NCBI GenBank assembly: GCA_965221165.1
Contig: CBDCRP010000003.1
Coordinates: forward strand, 768,001 to 832,000
From: a bacterium
GTDB lineage: Bacteria > UBA8248
DNA: 64,000 bases
Direction: 5' to 3'
How positions within the stretch are numbered: position 1 is the stretch's first letter; each line of letters begins with the position of its first letter. Under the pieces are notes generated by a model. That model was not told where the DNA came from. It ran no database searches and was given only the letters and a program-made list of their open reading frames with translations. Both the position numbers and the translations under genes were made by a program. Shown piece by piece: positions 1-9,782 of this stretch.

Positions 1-1
1 C

Positions 2-2239
2 TGCGGGAACAACCCATGCAGTTTCGAGGTCGAAACGAGCGGAGGAGACATCACCTCGTTCCGGGCGAATCCCAGAATGCGCATCAAGCCCTGCATCAAG
101 GGGTTCCAGTTGCCGGACAGGTATCATCACCCCGACAGGCTCCTCTACCCGATGAAGCGCGTGGGCGAGAAGGGCTCGGGCCCAGGCGGCGCGAACCGCT
201 TCGAGCGCGTGAGCTGGGACGAGGCGCTGGAACTGGTCGCCGGAGGGCTCGAGGCCGCCAAGGCGAAGGGCGGCAACGAATCGGTGATGATGTATCACTA
301 CTCCGCCCAGCACACCCTGCCCGGCGGACGCGACGCGGAACCCGCCACCATCATGCGGCTTTTGAACATGTGGGGCGGCGCGGTGCAGCCCTACATGCGC
401 GGCAGCCTCTGCTGGAAGGCCTTTCTCGGCGCGAGCGACGACGTATTCGGCCACTGGCAGGTGAGCAACAAGCCGAGCGATGATTGCGAGTGGATCGTCC
501 TCTGGGGCAACAACCCGGTGGAGACGGGATACCGCGGCCTGCTCCAGTCCTTACAGAGAGCCAGGAAAAAAGGAACCCGCTTCATCGTGGTGGACCCGGT
601 TCGCACGCGGACGGTGGAGCGTTTTGGTGAGATGCACGTGCCGATTCGCCCCTCGACGGACACCGCGCTGGCGCTGGCCGTGCTTCGCCTCATGCTCGCA
701 GAAGGCGCGCCCGATGAGGCCTTCCTCGGGGAGAAGACCAACGCCGCGTTTCTCGTGGATACGGACACCGGCCGCTTCGTGCGGGATTCGGACGGCGCGC
801 CGCTCGTCTGGGATGAAGCCTCCGCTTCGGCCAAGCCGTTCAACGCCTGCGAAAAGCCGGCCTTAAGCGGGACATTTCAGGTGAACGGAACCGGATGCAG
901 GCCCGCGCTCGATTATCTGAGGGACGCCGCCGAACCCTGGACGCCCGAGCGCGCGGCGCGCGAATGCGGCGTTTCAACCGAGCACGTACACGCCATCGCC
1001 CGGGCGATGCGGCGAGGCAAAGTCATCGTCTACTACGGGTCTTACCAGCGCACCGTGCACGGGGAGCAGGCCGTTCGGGCGTTGCACATACTGAACCTGA
1101 TGGCGGGCGCCTCGGGCGGCGTGTTGCGCCACGGGGCGCGGGAGGCGGGCTTTCCCTCGGACAGGGCGCATGGAACCGGCTTGGAGGAAGTGATGGCCGA
1201 TCGCTGGGCCGTCCCCAATCCGGTCACGCGCACCATCCCGACCGGACAGATCGGAGAAGCCATCCTGAACCCCGATTCCCACGGCGGCCCGGTGAACGCG
1301 GCGCTCGTGATGTGGGGCAACCCGGTCGGCCAGGCCGGAAACGCGCACAAGACCGAGCGCGCCCTGCGCTCTCTGGATTTCTGCGCGGTGGCGGACGTCT
1401 TCATGACGCCCACGGCGAAATGCGCGGACGTGGTGTTGCCCGCGTCGACCTGGCTCGAGCGCTGCGCGATCACCGAGGGAATGGAGACGGGCAGCACCTT
1501 TTATCACCTCGCTCACGAGTTGACGCCCAAGCACATCCTCCTCTATACGCCGGGCGTCATGCCGCCGCGCGGGGAGTCGCTCGATGACTTCGAGATCGTC
1601 TGCCGCCTGGCCGAAAAAATGGGCTACGGCGCGCATTTCCCGTGGAAATCATCCAAAGAATGGGTGGAAGAGCTCCTGGCGGCGGCGCGGGCGGACGCGT
1701 GCTTTCCCTGGCTCAAGGATGTCACGATCGAAAGGCTCGAAGCCGAGGGGCAAATCACCGTGGACGTTCCCGACGCCGCCCCGGGCTGGGACCTCACCAC
1801 CCCGCACGGACGCGCGCAGGTTTATTTCGAAGAGATCCCGCAGCAAGTGCCCACGCATTTTCCGCCCGAAGAAGACTTGGGCCGCGAGGGGGCGGACTAT
1901 CCGCTTCAACTCCTTACGCCGAAAACCTATTTCCGGGCGAGTTCGACCTTCAACAACGCGGCGAAGCTCCTGCGCCACGGCTGGAACGTCGCCACGCTCC
2001 ATCCGGCGGACGCCGCCGCACGAGGGATTGCGAACGGAGACGGCGTGCGTCTTAAAAACGGTTTTGGAGAATCGGTGTTCGAGGCCAAGGTGAGCGAGGG
2101 CATCAGGCCCGGGGTCGTGCACATACCTGCGGGCGGTTTGCCCGAGGACGGCGCGGCCAATCAACTCACCGGCGACGCCTTGTCCGAATACGAAAACGCC
2201 ACGTTCAACAGCTACCACGTGGAGGTGGAGAAGCGCTGA
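2..2239 (+). CDS. Molybdopterin (Mo/W-bis-PGD) oxidoreductase catalytic subunit, 5'-truncated by window edge
   Basis: Frame is open from nt 2 (CGNNPCSF...PCIKG, part of the N-terminal Fe-S motif); RLLYPMKRVG, ERVSWDEAL, WGNNP, ADVVLPASTWLE and a C-terminal HPADAAARGI dinucleotide-binding domain. Confidence 0.92.
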   Translation, partial: CGNNPCSFEVETSGGDITSFRANPRMRIKPCIKGFQLPDRYHHPDRLLYPMKRVGEKGSGPGGANRFERVSWDEALELVAGGLEAAKAKGGNESVMMYHYSAQHTLPGGRDAEPATIMRLLNMWGGAVQPYMRGSLCWKAFLGASDDVFGHWQVSNKPSDDCEWIVLWGNNPVETGYRGLLQSLQRARKKGTRFIVVDPVRTRTVERFGEMHVPIRPSTDTALALAVLRLMLAEGAPDEAFLGEKTNAAFLVDTDTGRFVRDSDGAPLVWDEASASAKPFNACEKPALSGTFQVNGTGCRPALDYLRDAAEPWTPERAARECGVSTEHVHAIARAMRRGKVIVYYGSYQRTVHGEQAVRALHILNLMAGASGGVLRHGAREAGFPSDRAHGTGLEEVMADRWAVPNPVTRTIPTGQIGEAILNPDSHGGPVNAALVMWGNPVGQAGNAHKTERALRSLDFCAVADVFMTPTAKCADVVLPASTWLERCAITEGMETGSTFYHLAHELTPKHILLYTPGVMPPRGESLDDFEIVCRLAEKMGYGAHFPWKSSKEWVEELLAAARADACFPWLKDVTIERLEAEGQITVDVPDAAPGWDLTTPHGRAQVYFEEIPQQVPTHFPPEEDLGREGADYPLQLLTPKTYFRASSTFNNAAKLLRHGWNVATLHPADAAARGIANGDGVRLKNGFGESVFEAKVSEGIRPGVVHIPAGGLPEDGAANQLTGDALSEYENATFNSYHVEVEKR

Positions 2240-2279
2240 TTATCAGGGAGCGCATCCACCTCGCCCGACGATTTCATCC

Positions 2280-3104
2280 CTACTTCCACTCCCAGGCCTT
2301 GTGCTTGATGAGCACCACCTCTGTGGGGGGCGGCAGCGTCCTGCGGCTGAAGACGTAGGTGTCGCCCTCGATTCTCCTGACGCGCCTGAAAGCGCCGAGA
2401 AAGACGTTCAACTCCTCGAGGGATCGGACGTCCATCGGAACCGCGACGTTGGGCCTGAGTCTTTGGACGAAATCCGCCATCACTCTGGGGTTCATGGCTC
2501 CCGGGTCCGAGATGATGGCCAGGGCCACGTGAATCTTCCCCAGCCTTCGTAGCTGCTCGGGGTTCATCGGCGCGCCCAGATCTCCCAGATGGGCGATGCA
2601 AAGCCCGCCCGTCTCGAACAGAAAAGAAGAGGCCTTGGACTCGCCGGCGTCAAAATCCTCCCCGCCCCCGCCCTGCACGATGGGCACGTTGCGGATGCGC
2701 ACGTCGCCTGTCCGGTAATCCACCTCGTTCCATTTTTCTCCATCGCCGAGCACGCCCCGCAAGACGACGGGGTTTCCGCCCAGAATCTCGACGGAGCTGT
2801 GGTTCATCGCCTCCTCGCTCGTGGTGGCCACGTGGGGTTTGGTCTTCGGGACGGGATAGCCCCGATGCGGGGAGAAGGGATCGGTCACGACCCGGATTCC
2901 CCCCGGTGAGACGATGCGGAAAAAAGCATGGCCGAACCACTGGATGCTGATCCGGCGCGGGGCTTTCACCATCCGGGCGTAGGATACGGGCACGGCCTTC
3001 CTGAAGGGCATGTAGCGAACCAGGCCGGGTGAGCATTTGGCCGAAACGACGCCCGGCGCGGCCAGAAAACAGACGAGCACAGCGAAACAAAGCGCCTTTT
3101 TCAT
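2280..3104 (-). CDS. Secreted metallo-beta-lactamase-fold protein (degenerate metal site)
   Basis: N-terminal signal peptide; ISIQWFGHAFF, VVTDPF and IAHLGDLG motifs. Confidence 0.75.
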   Translation of the reverse strand: MKKALCFAVLVCFLAAPGVVSAKCSPGLVRYMPFRKAVPVSYARMVKAPRRISIQWFGHAFFRIVSPGGIRVVTDPFSPHRGYPVPKTKPHVATTSEEAMNHSSVEILGGNPVVLRGVLGDGEKWNEVDYRTGDVRIRNVPIVQGGGGEDFDAGESKASSFLFETGGLCIAHLGDLGAPMNPEQLRRLGKIHVALAIISDPGAMNPRVMADFVQRLRPNVAVPMDVRSLEELNVFLGAFRRVRRIEGDTYVFSRRTLPPPTEVVLIKHKAWEWK

Positions 3105-3349
3105 CCAATACCCCCTATGGGTTGAGTGCGCCGATGCTGGATCCCCGAGAAAATTCTATCCCCAAAAGGGGGACGGGGGAAGCGACGCGTTCTGGTCAGA
3201 GACAGGCGTTTCGGCAGGGAGAGCGGATGAGCCGGGGCAGGAATCCCCCCGTCAAAGTTTTTCAAAAGGCCCTCTTTATGACAGGATGAACCCGATTTTC
3301 CCGATAAACACAGGATGACACGTCGCTCATATCATACGAAGGAGTCCCG

Positions 3350-4042
3350 ATGCCCATCATCGATTTGAGTCTCGCCCACTATGACGAAATGGACCCCGTT
3401 GCCGCCGCCGTAGGCAAGATGATGAATGCCGAAACATCCGTGCGGCGTAAATTCTTCCCGCCCCAAAAAGAACCGGACGTCGTGTTCGTCGATAGCTGGC
3501 TTTCCATATTCGCGCACGCGGGCACGCATCTCGATTGCCCGCGCCACATCTACCGCTGGGGAAAGACGACGGACGAGGTGGAACTCGACCGCTTCATGGG
3601 GCCCGCCTGTCTGCTCGATTTCTCATCCAAGGGGGCGGACGAACCCATCTCCGCCGAGGATTTAGAAGCGCATGCGGGACTCGTCCGGGAAAACGACATC
3701 GTTCTCTTGCGCACCGATTTTACGGACAAATTCTGGGGCGCAGACGCTTATCTGAGAAACTCGCCCTACCTGACCGGCGACGGCGCGAGGTGGCTCGTGG
3801 ACAAGGGGGTCAAGGCCGCCGGTTTCGATTTCTTGCAGGAAGAGGAAGTGAAAAAAATTCCCGAGAACGTGCCCGAGAACTACGTCGTCCACAGGACGTT
3901 ATTGGGAAACGGCGTCATCCAGATCGAGCACATGACGAATCTTTCGGCCATACCGCAGGAGCGCTTCCAGGTCATCGCGCTGCCGCTCAAGATGCCTGGG
4001 ATCGAAGGCTCCCCCTGCCGGGCCGTGGCCGTCGTGGACTAG
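3350..4042 (+). CDS. Cyclase / kynurenine formamidase-family metal hydrolase
   Basis: IIDLS, HAGTHLDCPRH, IEHMTNL, LPLK..GIEGSPCRAVA; AAGGAG RBS. Confidence 0.9.
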   Translation: MPIIDLSLAHYDEMDPVAAAVGKMMNAETSVRRKFFPPQKEPDVVFVDSWLSIFAHAGTHLDCPRHIYRWGKTTDEVELDRFMGPACLLDFSSKGADEPISAEDLEAHAGLVRENDIVLLRTDFTDKFWGADAYLRNSPYLTGDGARWLVDKGVKAAGFDFLQEEEVKKIPENVPENYVVHRTLLGNGVIQIEHMTNLSAIPQERFQVIALPLKMPGIEGSPCRAVAVVD

Positions 4043-4052
4043 GAACTCTCGA

Positions 4053-4304
4053 TTATTCAGGTGATTTTTGCCCCGCCAGATAACCCTCGAACATGCCTTC
4101 GAGACGAGACGTTTTCGCGTCCACGGACGACACACCCGCTGCCAGGGAGGACACGCTCGCATCCAGGGATGAAACCCTGGCTTCCAGAGAAGACATTCTT
4201 GCTTCCAGGGCGGAGAGGCGGCTGTCAAACTTCCTCTCAATCCGGTAAAGATAGGCTAGGATGGCGATTCCAAAAACGGCGATCTCGATCATTTCGGCAG
4301 TCAT
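4053..4304 (-). CDS. Small membrane-anchored coiled-coil protein
   Basis: AAGGAG RBS, N-terminal TM segment, then heptads LEARMSS/LEARVSS/LDASVSS/LAAGVSS/VDAKTSR. Confidence 0.65.
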   Translation of the reverse strand: MTAEMIEIAVFGIAILAYLYRIERKFDSRLSALEARMSSLEARVSSLDASVSSLAAGVSSVDAKTSRLEGMFEGYLAGQKSPE

Positions 4305-4463
4305 TATTCCACGCACTCCTTACGGACTTGAAATTTATATTGGGTCCTCTGGAACGCTCGTATTTCGAAATCGTAATATATCAAGGTCTGAATTTCAAAC
4401 AGGAGACTCCACGAAGCTCATAGAAATCCTCGTAACCACGCTTTTCACCTGATGGAGAAACCC

Positions 4464-5114
4464 ATGGAAGACGCTCTCGAATTCTTCTCCCGCGCGCCGA
4501 CGACCGCCATCGCGGACGCTTCGATATTTTTAGGATTAGATCTCATCATGAAAGACGTCGCCCCGCTCACGCCCTTCACCGAGGAGCGCGTCGCCGCCCC
4601 TGCGGCCACCATGCGCTTCGAGCCCGTCCGGGGTGAGGTGAACCCCTCCCGCGTGAGTCTCTACGGAACGCACGAGGAGATGGAGCCGGGCAAGTTCGTC
4701 GTGCTTGCGACTGGGGCGAGCGACATGGCCGTTCTGGGGGCCAACGGGGCGCGCGTCATCCACCGGCGGGGGGCAGCCGGCGTCGTTACGGACGGACGGG
4801 CGCGCGACGTCCTGGAAATCAGGGAATTGGGATTGCCCGTGTGGTGCTGCGGCGCGAGGCCCCTGCCCTATTCCAGACGCCTGGTCGCCACGGAGCGCGA
4901 CGTTCCCGTCACCTGCTGCGGGGTAAGGATTGCGCCCGGAGACATCGTCGTCGCCGATGCGGACGGCGTGGCCGTGGTGCCGCAGGATGAAGCCGAAGCG
5001 GTGCGCGAGCGTACGCGAATCGTCATGGAAATCGAAGAGGAATTCACCCGAAGATTCGATGCGGGCGAGTCGGGCGCCGAACTCGTCAAGATGATGAAAA
5101 GAAAATGGGAATGA
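4464..5114 (+). CDS. RraA / HMG-CHA aldolase family protein
   Basis: TTAIADA, GVVTDGRARDV, APGDIVVADADGVAVVP; GGAGA RBS favours 4464 over 4452. Confidence 0.9.
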   Translation: MEDALEFFSRAPTTAIADASIFLGLDLIMKDVAPLTPFTEERVAAPAATMRFEPVRGEVNPSRVSLYGTHEEMEPGKFVVLATGASDMAVLGANGARVIHRRGAAGVVTDGRARDVLEIRELGLPVWCCGARPLPYSRRLVATERDVPVTCCGVRIAPGDIVVADADGVAVVPQDEAEAVRERTRIVMEIEEEFTRRFDAGESGAELVKMMKRKWE

Positions 5115-5280
5115 ATACTCCCGGGAGTCATGGCCCTAAATTTTTTGTTTCATCCCGCCGGGAGCCTTGCTATATTCTGAAGGTTGAAGCGCACTATTCC
5201 AAAAACTTTTTCGGCGGGGCATAAGGTGAATCGCCCGAAGAAAAGGGGTGAATCCCTCCCATTCATGGTGCAGAAAGAAA

Positions 5281-5565
5281 ATGAGCGAACCGACGCCTCT
5301 GGAAGAAAACCTGAAACTGGTGAAATATCGAAGCAGTTACTGGATCGTGCTCGAACCGGAAGGAATCCCTTTGGCGGAATTCGCCTCCCAGCACCACGAT
5401 ACGCTCGGGGAGCCGCTTTATCGGTGGATGAAGAAACATCTGTCGCGCGAATCCATCCTGCGCTTTCATGAATCCGACAAATTCGATTGGGACGAGTTCA
5501 AACAATTCATGGAATCGAAGGGATGGGATATCAGCCGAAACGAACCGGGCATCATCAACACCTGA
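5281..5565 (+). CDS. Hypothetical protein (94 aa)
   Basis: Protein-like composition; fills the gap co-directionally with neighbours; no motif recognised. Confidence 0.6.
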   Translation: MSEPTPLEENLKLVKYRSSYWIVLEPEGIPLAEFASQHHDTLGEPLYRWMKKHLSRESILRFHESDKFDWDEFKQFMESKGWDISRNEPGIINT

Positions 5566-5630
5566 CTTAAAGACCCGGAAAAACGGATGGTAGATGAATC
5601 CATGAAATCAGCAGGAAAACGAGGCCATCA

Positions 5631-6083
5631 ATGACGAACCAAAGCGAAAGACTCATCACCTTGAAGAGCGGGCTGGACGCGCAGGAACTCCATATCCTGA
5701 ACATCGAACTCGACCGCCGCAGGAAATCAGTGGGCGTCGCATACGGCCTGTGGTTTTTTCTCAGTTGGCTGGGCCTGCACAAATTCTATCTGGGCAGAAT
5801 CGCGACGGGCGTCATATACGTCGTCGCTCCGTGGGTTTTGATTCTCGCCTTCGTGGTCGGCTTCGTCATGGCGGAATCGAATCCCGAGGCGGGCGGGGCG
5901 ACCGCAGGCTTAAGCCTGCTCGCCCTGATCGTCTATGGTCTATGGTGGATCGTGGATTTGTTCACGATTCCGAGACAGGTGAACGCATACAACGAAAACC
6001 TGGAACTCGAGATCATCGCCTCTTTGAACGCGAGAAAACAGGCGTCACCGGGTTTATCGCCAAATCCCACGAGGCCGGAATAA
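5631..6083 (+). CDS. TM2 domain membrane protein
   Basis: KSVGVAYGLWFFLSWLGLHKFYLG and WWIVDLFTIP. Confidence 0.88.
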   Translation: MTNQSERLITLKSGLDAQELHILNIELDRRRKSVGVAYGLWFFLSWLGLHKFYLGRIATGVIYVVAPWVLILAFVVGFVMAESNPEAGGATAGLSLLALIVYGLWWIVDLFTIPRQVNAYNENLELEIIASLNARKQASPGLSPNPTRPE

Positions 6084-6095
6084 AAAACGGGCGCC

Positions 6096-7691
6096 TTACT
6101 TCCGCGCGTATTTCCTGCCCAGATTCTCCTCCCAGGTGAGATAGCCCTCCATCGCGCTGCGTCCGATGTCATAAGGCTTGAGCTGCACGTCCTTTGGCTG
6201 CTCATCCAGCCCCTCGCGTCCGGTTTCGAGAGAAAACCCCGCTGCTCCCCAGGCCGCCTTGCCGCCTTCGAGATAGCCCGCCCTCCGGTACCCGAGTCTT
6301 TGAAGGGAAAGCGCGCTCAGGGCGGATTTGCGCCCATCCTCACAGACGCACATCACCCGCGCGCTTTTATCCCCTATCTGCTCGGACGCCTCCTCTTCGA
6401 GCCGGCCCCTGGATATCCAGGCAGAGCCCGGCAGATGGCCCCGCTCATAGGAAGAACTCAAATCCACGTCAAGGATCGCGCCGATTTTCCGGGCGCTCGC
6501 CTCCCCAGATCCATAGGCGCGCGTTTGCGCCCGCGCTTCTTTCAGGAGAAGAACCTCTCCCGCCCCGGCCGGGCTTTCTCCCGAAGACGCGGCGCTCAGT
6601 TTTTCGAGCGTTCCTCCGGCTTCGAGCCAAGCGTTAAGGCCTCCCCTCAGCACGCTCACGTCGAGCCCCATCTGGCGAAGCCAGTAGGCCGCCATGACGC
6701 CGCGCGCGTTCTTATCGCAATAGGTCACGATTTTCCCCGCGCGCACCGCAATCACCTCATCCGTGCGCTGCGCCGCCTGCCCGCCGGGGATGGAGATGGC
6801 CCCCGGAATATGGCCTCCCGTAAACTCGGGCGCCAGGCGCACGTCGAGCACGTAGAGCGTGCGGCTGTCTGATTCCGCCTTTAGCGCGCGAAGCTCCTCG
6901 ACCGAGATAAACGGAACCCCCTCCTCTTCGGCCACCTGCGCGCCGAGCATTTCCCCGTGGGCGCGGCTTTGCTCGGAAGGAGCCGGAATCTCGCTCGGCT
7001 TTCCCTCATCAAGCTGTAAGCCCTCGAGTATGATTCCCATCCCTCCGTTTTTGAGCGCGCGCGCGCGCGTGACGCCCAGGCGGTGGAGCGCCTGCGTGCC
7101 GATGATGCTGCGGGTGCGGCCCGCGCAGTTGATGATGAGAGGCGTTTCCTTGTCCTGGTCCAGATCCCATGCGTGGAGGATGAGTTCGCCCCCCGGCAGG
7201 CTCCGCCCCGTGGGGACGCAAAAACGCTCGAACTCCACCTCGGTTCTCGTGTCGAATATGCGCGGAGGCGTATCGCCTTCGATCAGCGCATAAAGCTCTC
7301 TGGCCGTAATTTCGGGCACCGCGTTTTCCACGTGAATCCGCTCGCCGAAATCCTTGCTCGGCACGTTCGTGCCCGAAGCCGTCGGAAACCCTTGGGCCTC
7401 CCATGCGCCCAGGCCGCCCCCCAGCACCGAAACGTCCGCGTAGCCGCATTCTTCTAACAGCGAGGCGACGCGCTCCGCCCTAGGACCGCCCTCGTCCACG
7501 CAAACCACGGGTGTGGACTTCACGGGCACGAGGCGCTCGGCCAGGAATTCCACCGCGCCGCGCGGGGCGTTCGTGGTCATGAAAATCTGTTTTTCGTGAA
7601 ATTCCATCGGGTCGCGCACGTCGAGTACCGCGTGTGCGCGGGAGCTTTCCATCCATTCCTTGAGTTCAGCCGGGGATATCTTTTTCACCAT
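6096..7691 (-). CDS. Four-domain rhodanese-like sulfurtransferase
   Basis: Repeated LDVR/FDTR/LDVD...GHIPGA and LxGGxxAW units; NCAGRTRS active-site loop in domain 2. Confidence 0.9.
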   Translation of the reverse strand: MVKKISPAELKEWMESSRAHAVLDVRDPMEFHEKQIFMTTNAPRGAVEFLAERLVPVKSTPVVCVDEGGPRAERVASLLEECGYADVSVLGGGLGAWEAQGFPTASGTNVPSKDFGERIHVENAVPEITARELYALIEGDTPPRIFDTRTEVEFERFCVPTGRSLPGGELILHAWDLDQDKETPLIINCAGRTRSIIGTQALHRLGVTRARALKNGGMGIILEGLQLDEGKPSEIPAPSEQSRAHGEMLGAQVAEEEGVPFISVEELRALKAESDSRTLYVLDVRLAPEFTGGHIPGAISIPGGQAAQRTDEVIAVRAGKIVTYCDKNARGVMAAYWLRQMGLDVSVLRGGLNAWLEAGGTLEKLSAASSGESPAGAGEVLLLKEARAQTRAYGSGEASARKIGAILDVDLSSSYERGHLPGSAWISRGRLEEEASEQIGDKSARVMCVCEDGRKSALSALSLQRLGYRRAGYLEGGKAAWGAAGFSLETGREGLDEQPKDVQLKPYDIGRSAMEGYLTWEENLGRKYARK

Positions 7692-7729
7692 GTCTGCGAG
7701 TCCTTCGTTTGGGGATGCACACCATACGC

Positions 7730-8620
7730 CTAGCGGGAGGGAATGCCCGCCATGCGCCTGAATACCTCGATGATGGCCGCCGTGTCCGCATCGGCGAGCC
7801 CGCCCAGTTCGGCGGCCTGGAGCACCTGCTGGTGCACGGTGCTGAGCAGCATGGGGGAGCCGAGTTTCTGGCCTTGTTCCAGCATGAGCCGCACGTCCTT
7901 GTGGTGTTGCTTGATGCGCGAGAGCGGATTGTCGTAATCCGCGTGAATCATGCGGGGGCCGCGCTGGTCCATGGCCTTGCTGTAGGCCGCGCTGTCCTTG
8001 AGGACTTCGAGCAGGCCCTCCATCTCCAGGCCCGATTTCATGCCCAGAACGAGGCCTTCCGAGAGCGCCAGGCGCGTGAGTCCCAGAACGAGGTTGATGA
8101 CCAGTTTCGTCCGCGCGCCCGCTCCGTTCGGACCCATGTGGTGGATGGAGCGGGCGAATTTGGCCAGAACCGGCTTCGCCGCCTCGAAATCGCTCTCCTC
8201 GCCCCCGACGACGGAGACGATCTGCCCGTCGAGCACGTTGTTGCGCGAACCGCTCAGGCTCGCATCGAGAAAACCGATGTTCCTGGCGCGGAGATCTTCG
8301 CCGAGTTTCGCCGAGTCATCGGGGCTCGCCGTGGAGGTGTCGATGATGATGAGGCCCTCTCGCGCCACGCTCGCAATTCCCCCAGCTCCCAGGCAGGTCT
8401 CGCGCACGACGTGGCTGTAGAGCAGGGAGATGATGACGAACTGCGCATCCTCCGCCGCTTCCGCCGCCGAGCCCGCCGGGGCGCCCCCGTTCGCGGCGAG
8501 CGCATCGAGCCTGCTCTGGTCGATGTCGAACCCGTACACCCGGTGCCCCGATTCCATCAGCTTCCGGCTCATGGCCGTACCCATGAGGCCCAGCCCTACG
8601 ATTCCGATGTTCTCCGCCAT
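7730..8620 (-). CDS. 3-hydroxyisobutyrate/tartronate semialdehyde reductase-family NAD(P) dehydrogenase
   Basis: IGIVGLGLMG, DTST, FLDASLSGS, GAGARTKLVIN. Confidence 0.9.
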   Translation of the reverse strand: MAENIGIVGLGLMGTAMSRKLMESGHRVYGFDIDQSRLDALAANGGAPAGSAAEAAEDAQFVIISLLYSHVVRETCLGAGGIASVAREGLIIIDTSTASPDDSAKLGEDLRARNIGFLDASLSGSRNNVLDGQIVSVVGGEESDFEAAKPVLAKFARSIHHMGPNGAGARTKLVINLVLGLTRLALSEGLVLGMKSGLEMEGLLEVLKDSAAYSKAMDQRGPRMIHADYDNPLSRIKQHHKDVRLMLEQGQKLGSPMLLSTVHQQVLQAAELGGLADADTAAIIEVFRRMAGIPSR

Positions 8621-8669
8621 CTCGCGTCTCCAAACACACGAAGCCATCCCTGCATAGGGAGTATGAAAA

Positions 8670-9782
8670 TTAAAATTTGGGTCGTCCCTTGGGAGCGTAC
8701 CCCGTCATCTCGATAAAGCCCACCCCCGTGAGCTGTTTTTCGCCCGAAACGCCCTCGGCGAAGACGCCTCCTTCCCAGTAGGTGATTCCCGTGCTGCCCT
8801 TCGATTCGATCTCCTGCGCGCGCGCATAGGGTTTTATTCGCAAATGAAGGCCGTGCGCCGGAACCGCGACCTCCCACCCCATGGGATAAACGCCGCCGCT
8901 TCGCTCGCTCTTCCAGCTACCGACGCCCTTCAGGCTGAAATCCCCGAGGCGCAGGTGCGTTGCGCGGCCATCCGCCTCCACCAGCGTGCCGCTGCTCGTG
9001 GGCTCCACGCTCCCGTCTTTTCGCCTTAAGAGATATAACATCAAATCCCGGCCACCGGACAACTGAAGACTCAGCCAATCCCATCCCACCTGATCTTTCG
9101 ATAGCTGGTTCGAGCCGAACTCATGGTCCATCCAAGCCGATCCGCGCACGTCGAGGGTTCTCCCCCCGATTTCGAGAACGCCCGATGCGAGAAGCCGCGT
9201 GTAGGAATAATAGTGAGAAGCGCGGCCGGGACCCTCCGCCTTCCGGCTCACTCCGCCCTCGCCGTGAATCACGAGCGGTTTCGCAGGTTTCAGCTCGAGG
9301 CGCAGCTTCATTTGGGGAGTCGCCGCGCTTATCCTGAACGTGGATGGGCCTTTTTCACCCGTGCTCTCGGCGCGCCAGTCGCGAAGCCAGACTTTAAGGC
9401 CCCCCTCCGACGCGCCCGCCTGCTCGAGTGCGCCCCGGCTGATTCGCTCTGTAAACCGGTGCTTCCCGCGCTTCGCGTCCAGAACCGAGAAATGCCCGAA
9501 ATAAAGATTCCTGAGCGCCCAGCGGCTTTTCGATTTTGGAGGCGCACCCGGCCTGAGCCCCACCCTGAAAAACGTGAGCATGAAGGAGTATTTCTCACCT
9601 CCCGCATCCTGTAAGTTTCCCGAGAAATACCACCACTCCGTCCGGAAGGCCTCGTGTGCGCCGTGGTCTCGGGGAAACTGATAGCGATAGCCGGGGAGCG
9701 CCTGCCGCCAACTCTCGGGATGCGCGGGCGCAGCGCCCAGGATGAAGACGGCGGCCAAAAGAGGTGCGAAGAGTTTCTTCAT
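8670..9782 (-). CDS. AttH/CrtC-like secreted lipocalin-fold protein
   Basis: Signal peptide; FPRDHGAH, TEWWYFSGNL, AWMDHEF, GWDWLSLQL, YWEG, EMTGY. Confidence 0.88.
   Translation of the reverse strand: MKKLFAPLLAAVFILGAAPAHPESWRQALPGYRYQFPRDHGAHEAFRTEWWYFSGNLQDAGGEKYSFMLTFFRVGLRPGAPPKSKSRWALRNLYFGHFSVLDAKRGKHRFTERISRGALEQAGASEGGLKVWLRDWRAESTGEKGPSTFRISAATPQMKLRLELKPAKPLVIHGEGGVSRKAEGPGRASHYYSYTRLLASGVLEIGGRTLDVRGSAWMDHEFGSNQLSKDQVGWDWLSLQLSGGRDLMLYLLRRKDGSVEPTSSGTLVEADGRATHLRLGDFSLKGVGSWKSERSGGVYPMGWEVAVPAHGLHLRIKPYARAQEIESKGSTGITYWEGGVFAEGVSGEKQLTGVGFIEMTGYAPKGRPKF

Noticed and set aside
203-228. Exact 26-nt match with 26291-26316
   Set aside because: Both encode the conserved ERVSWDEAL motif of Mo enzymes with preferred codons; not a mobile repeat.
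3281-3318. ACAGGATGA direct repeat (3281, 3310) upstream of the cyclase
   Set aside because: Only two 9-mers; insufficient to support a regulatory call.
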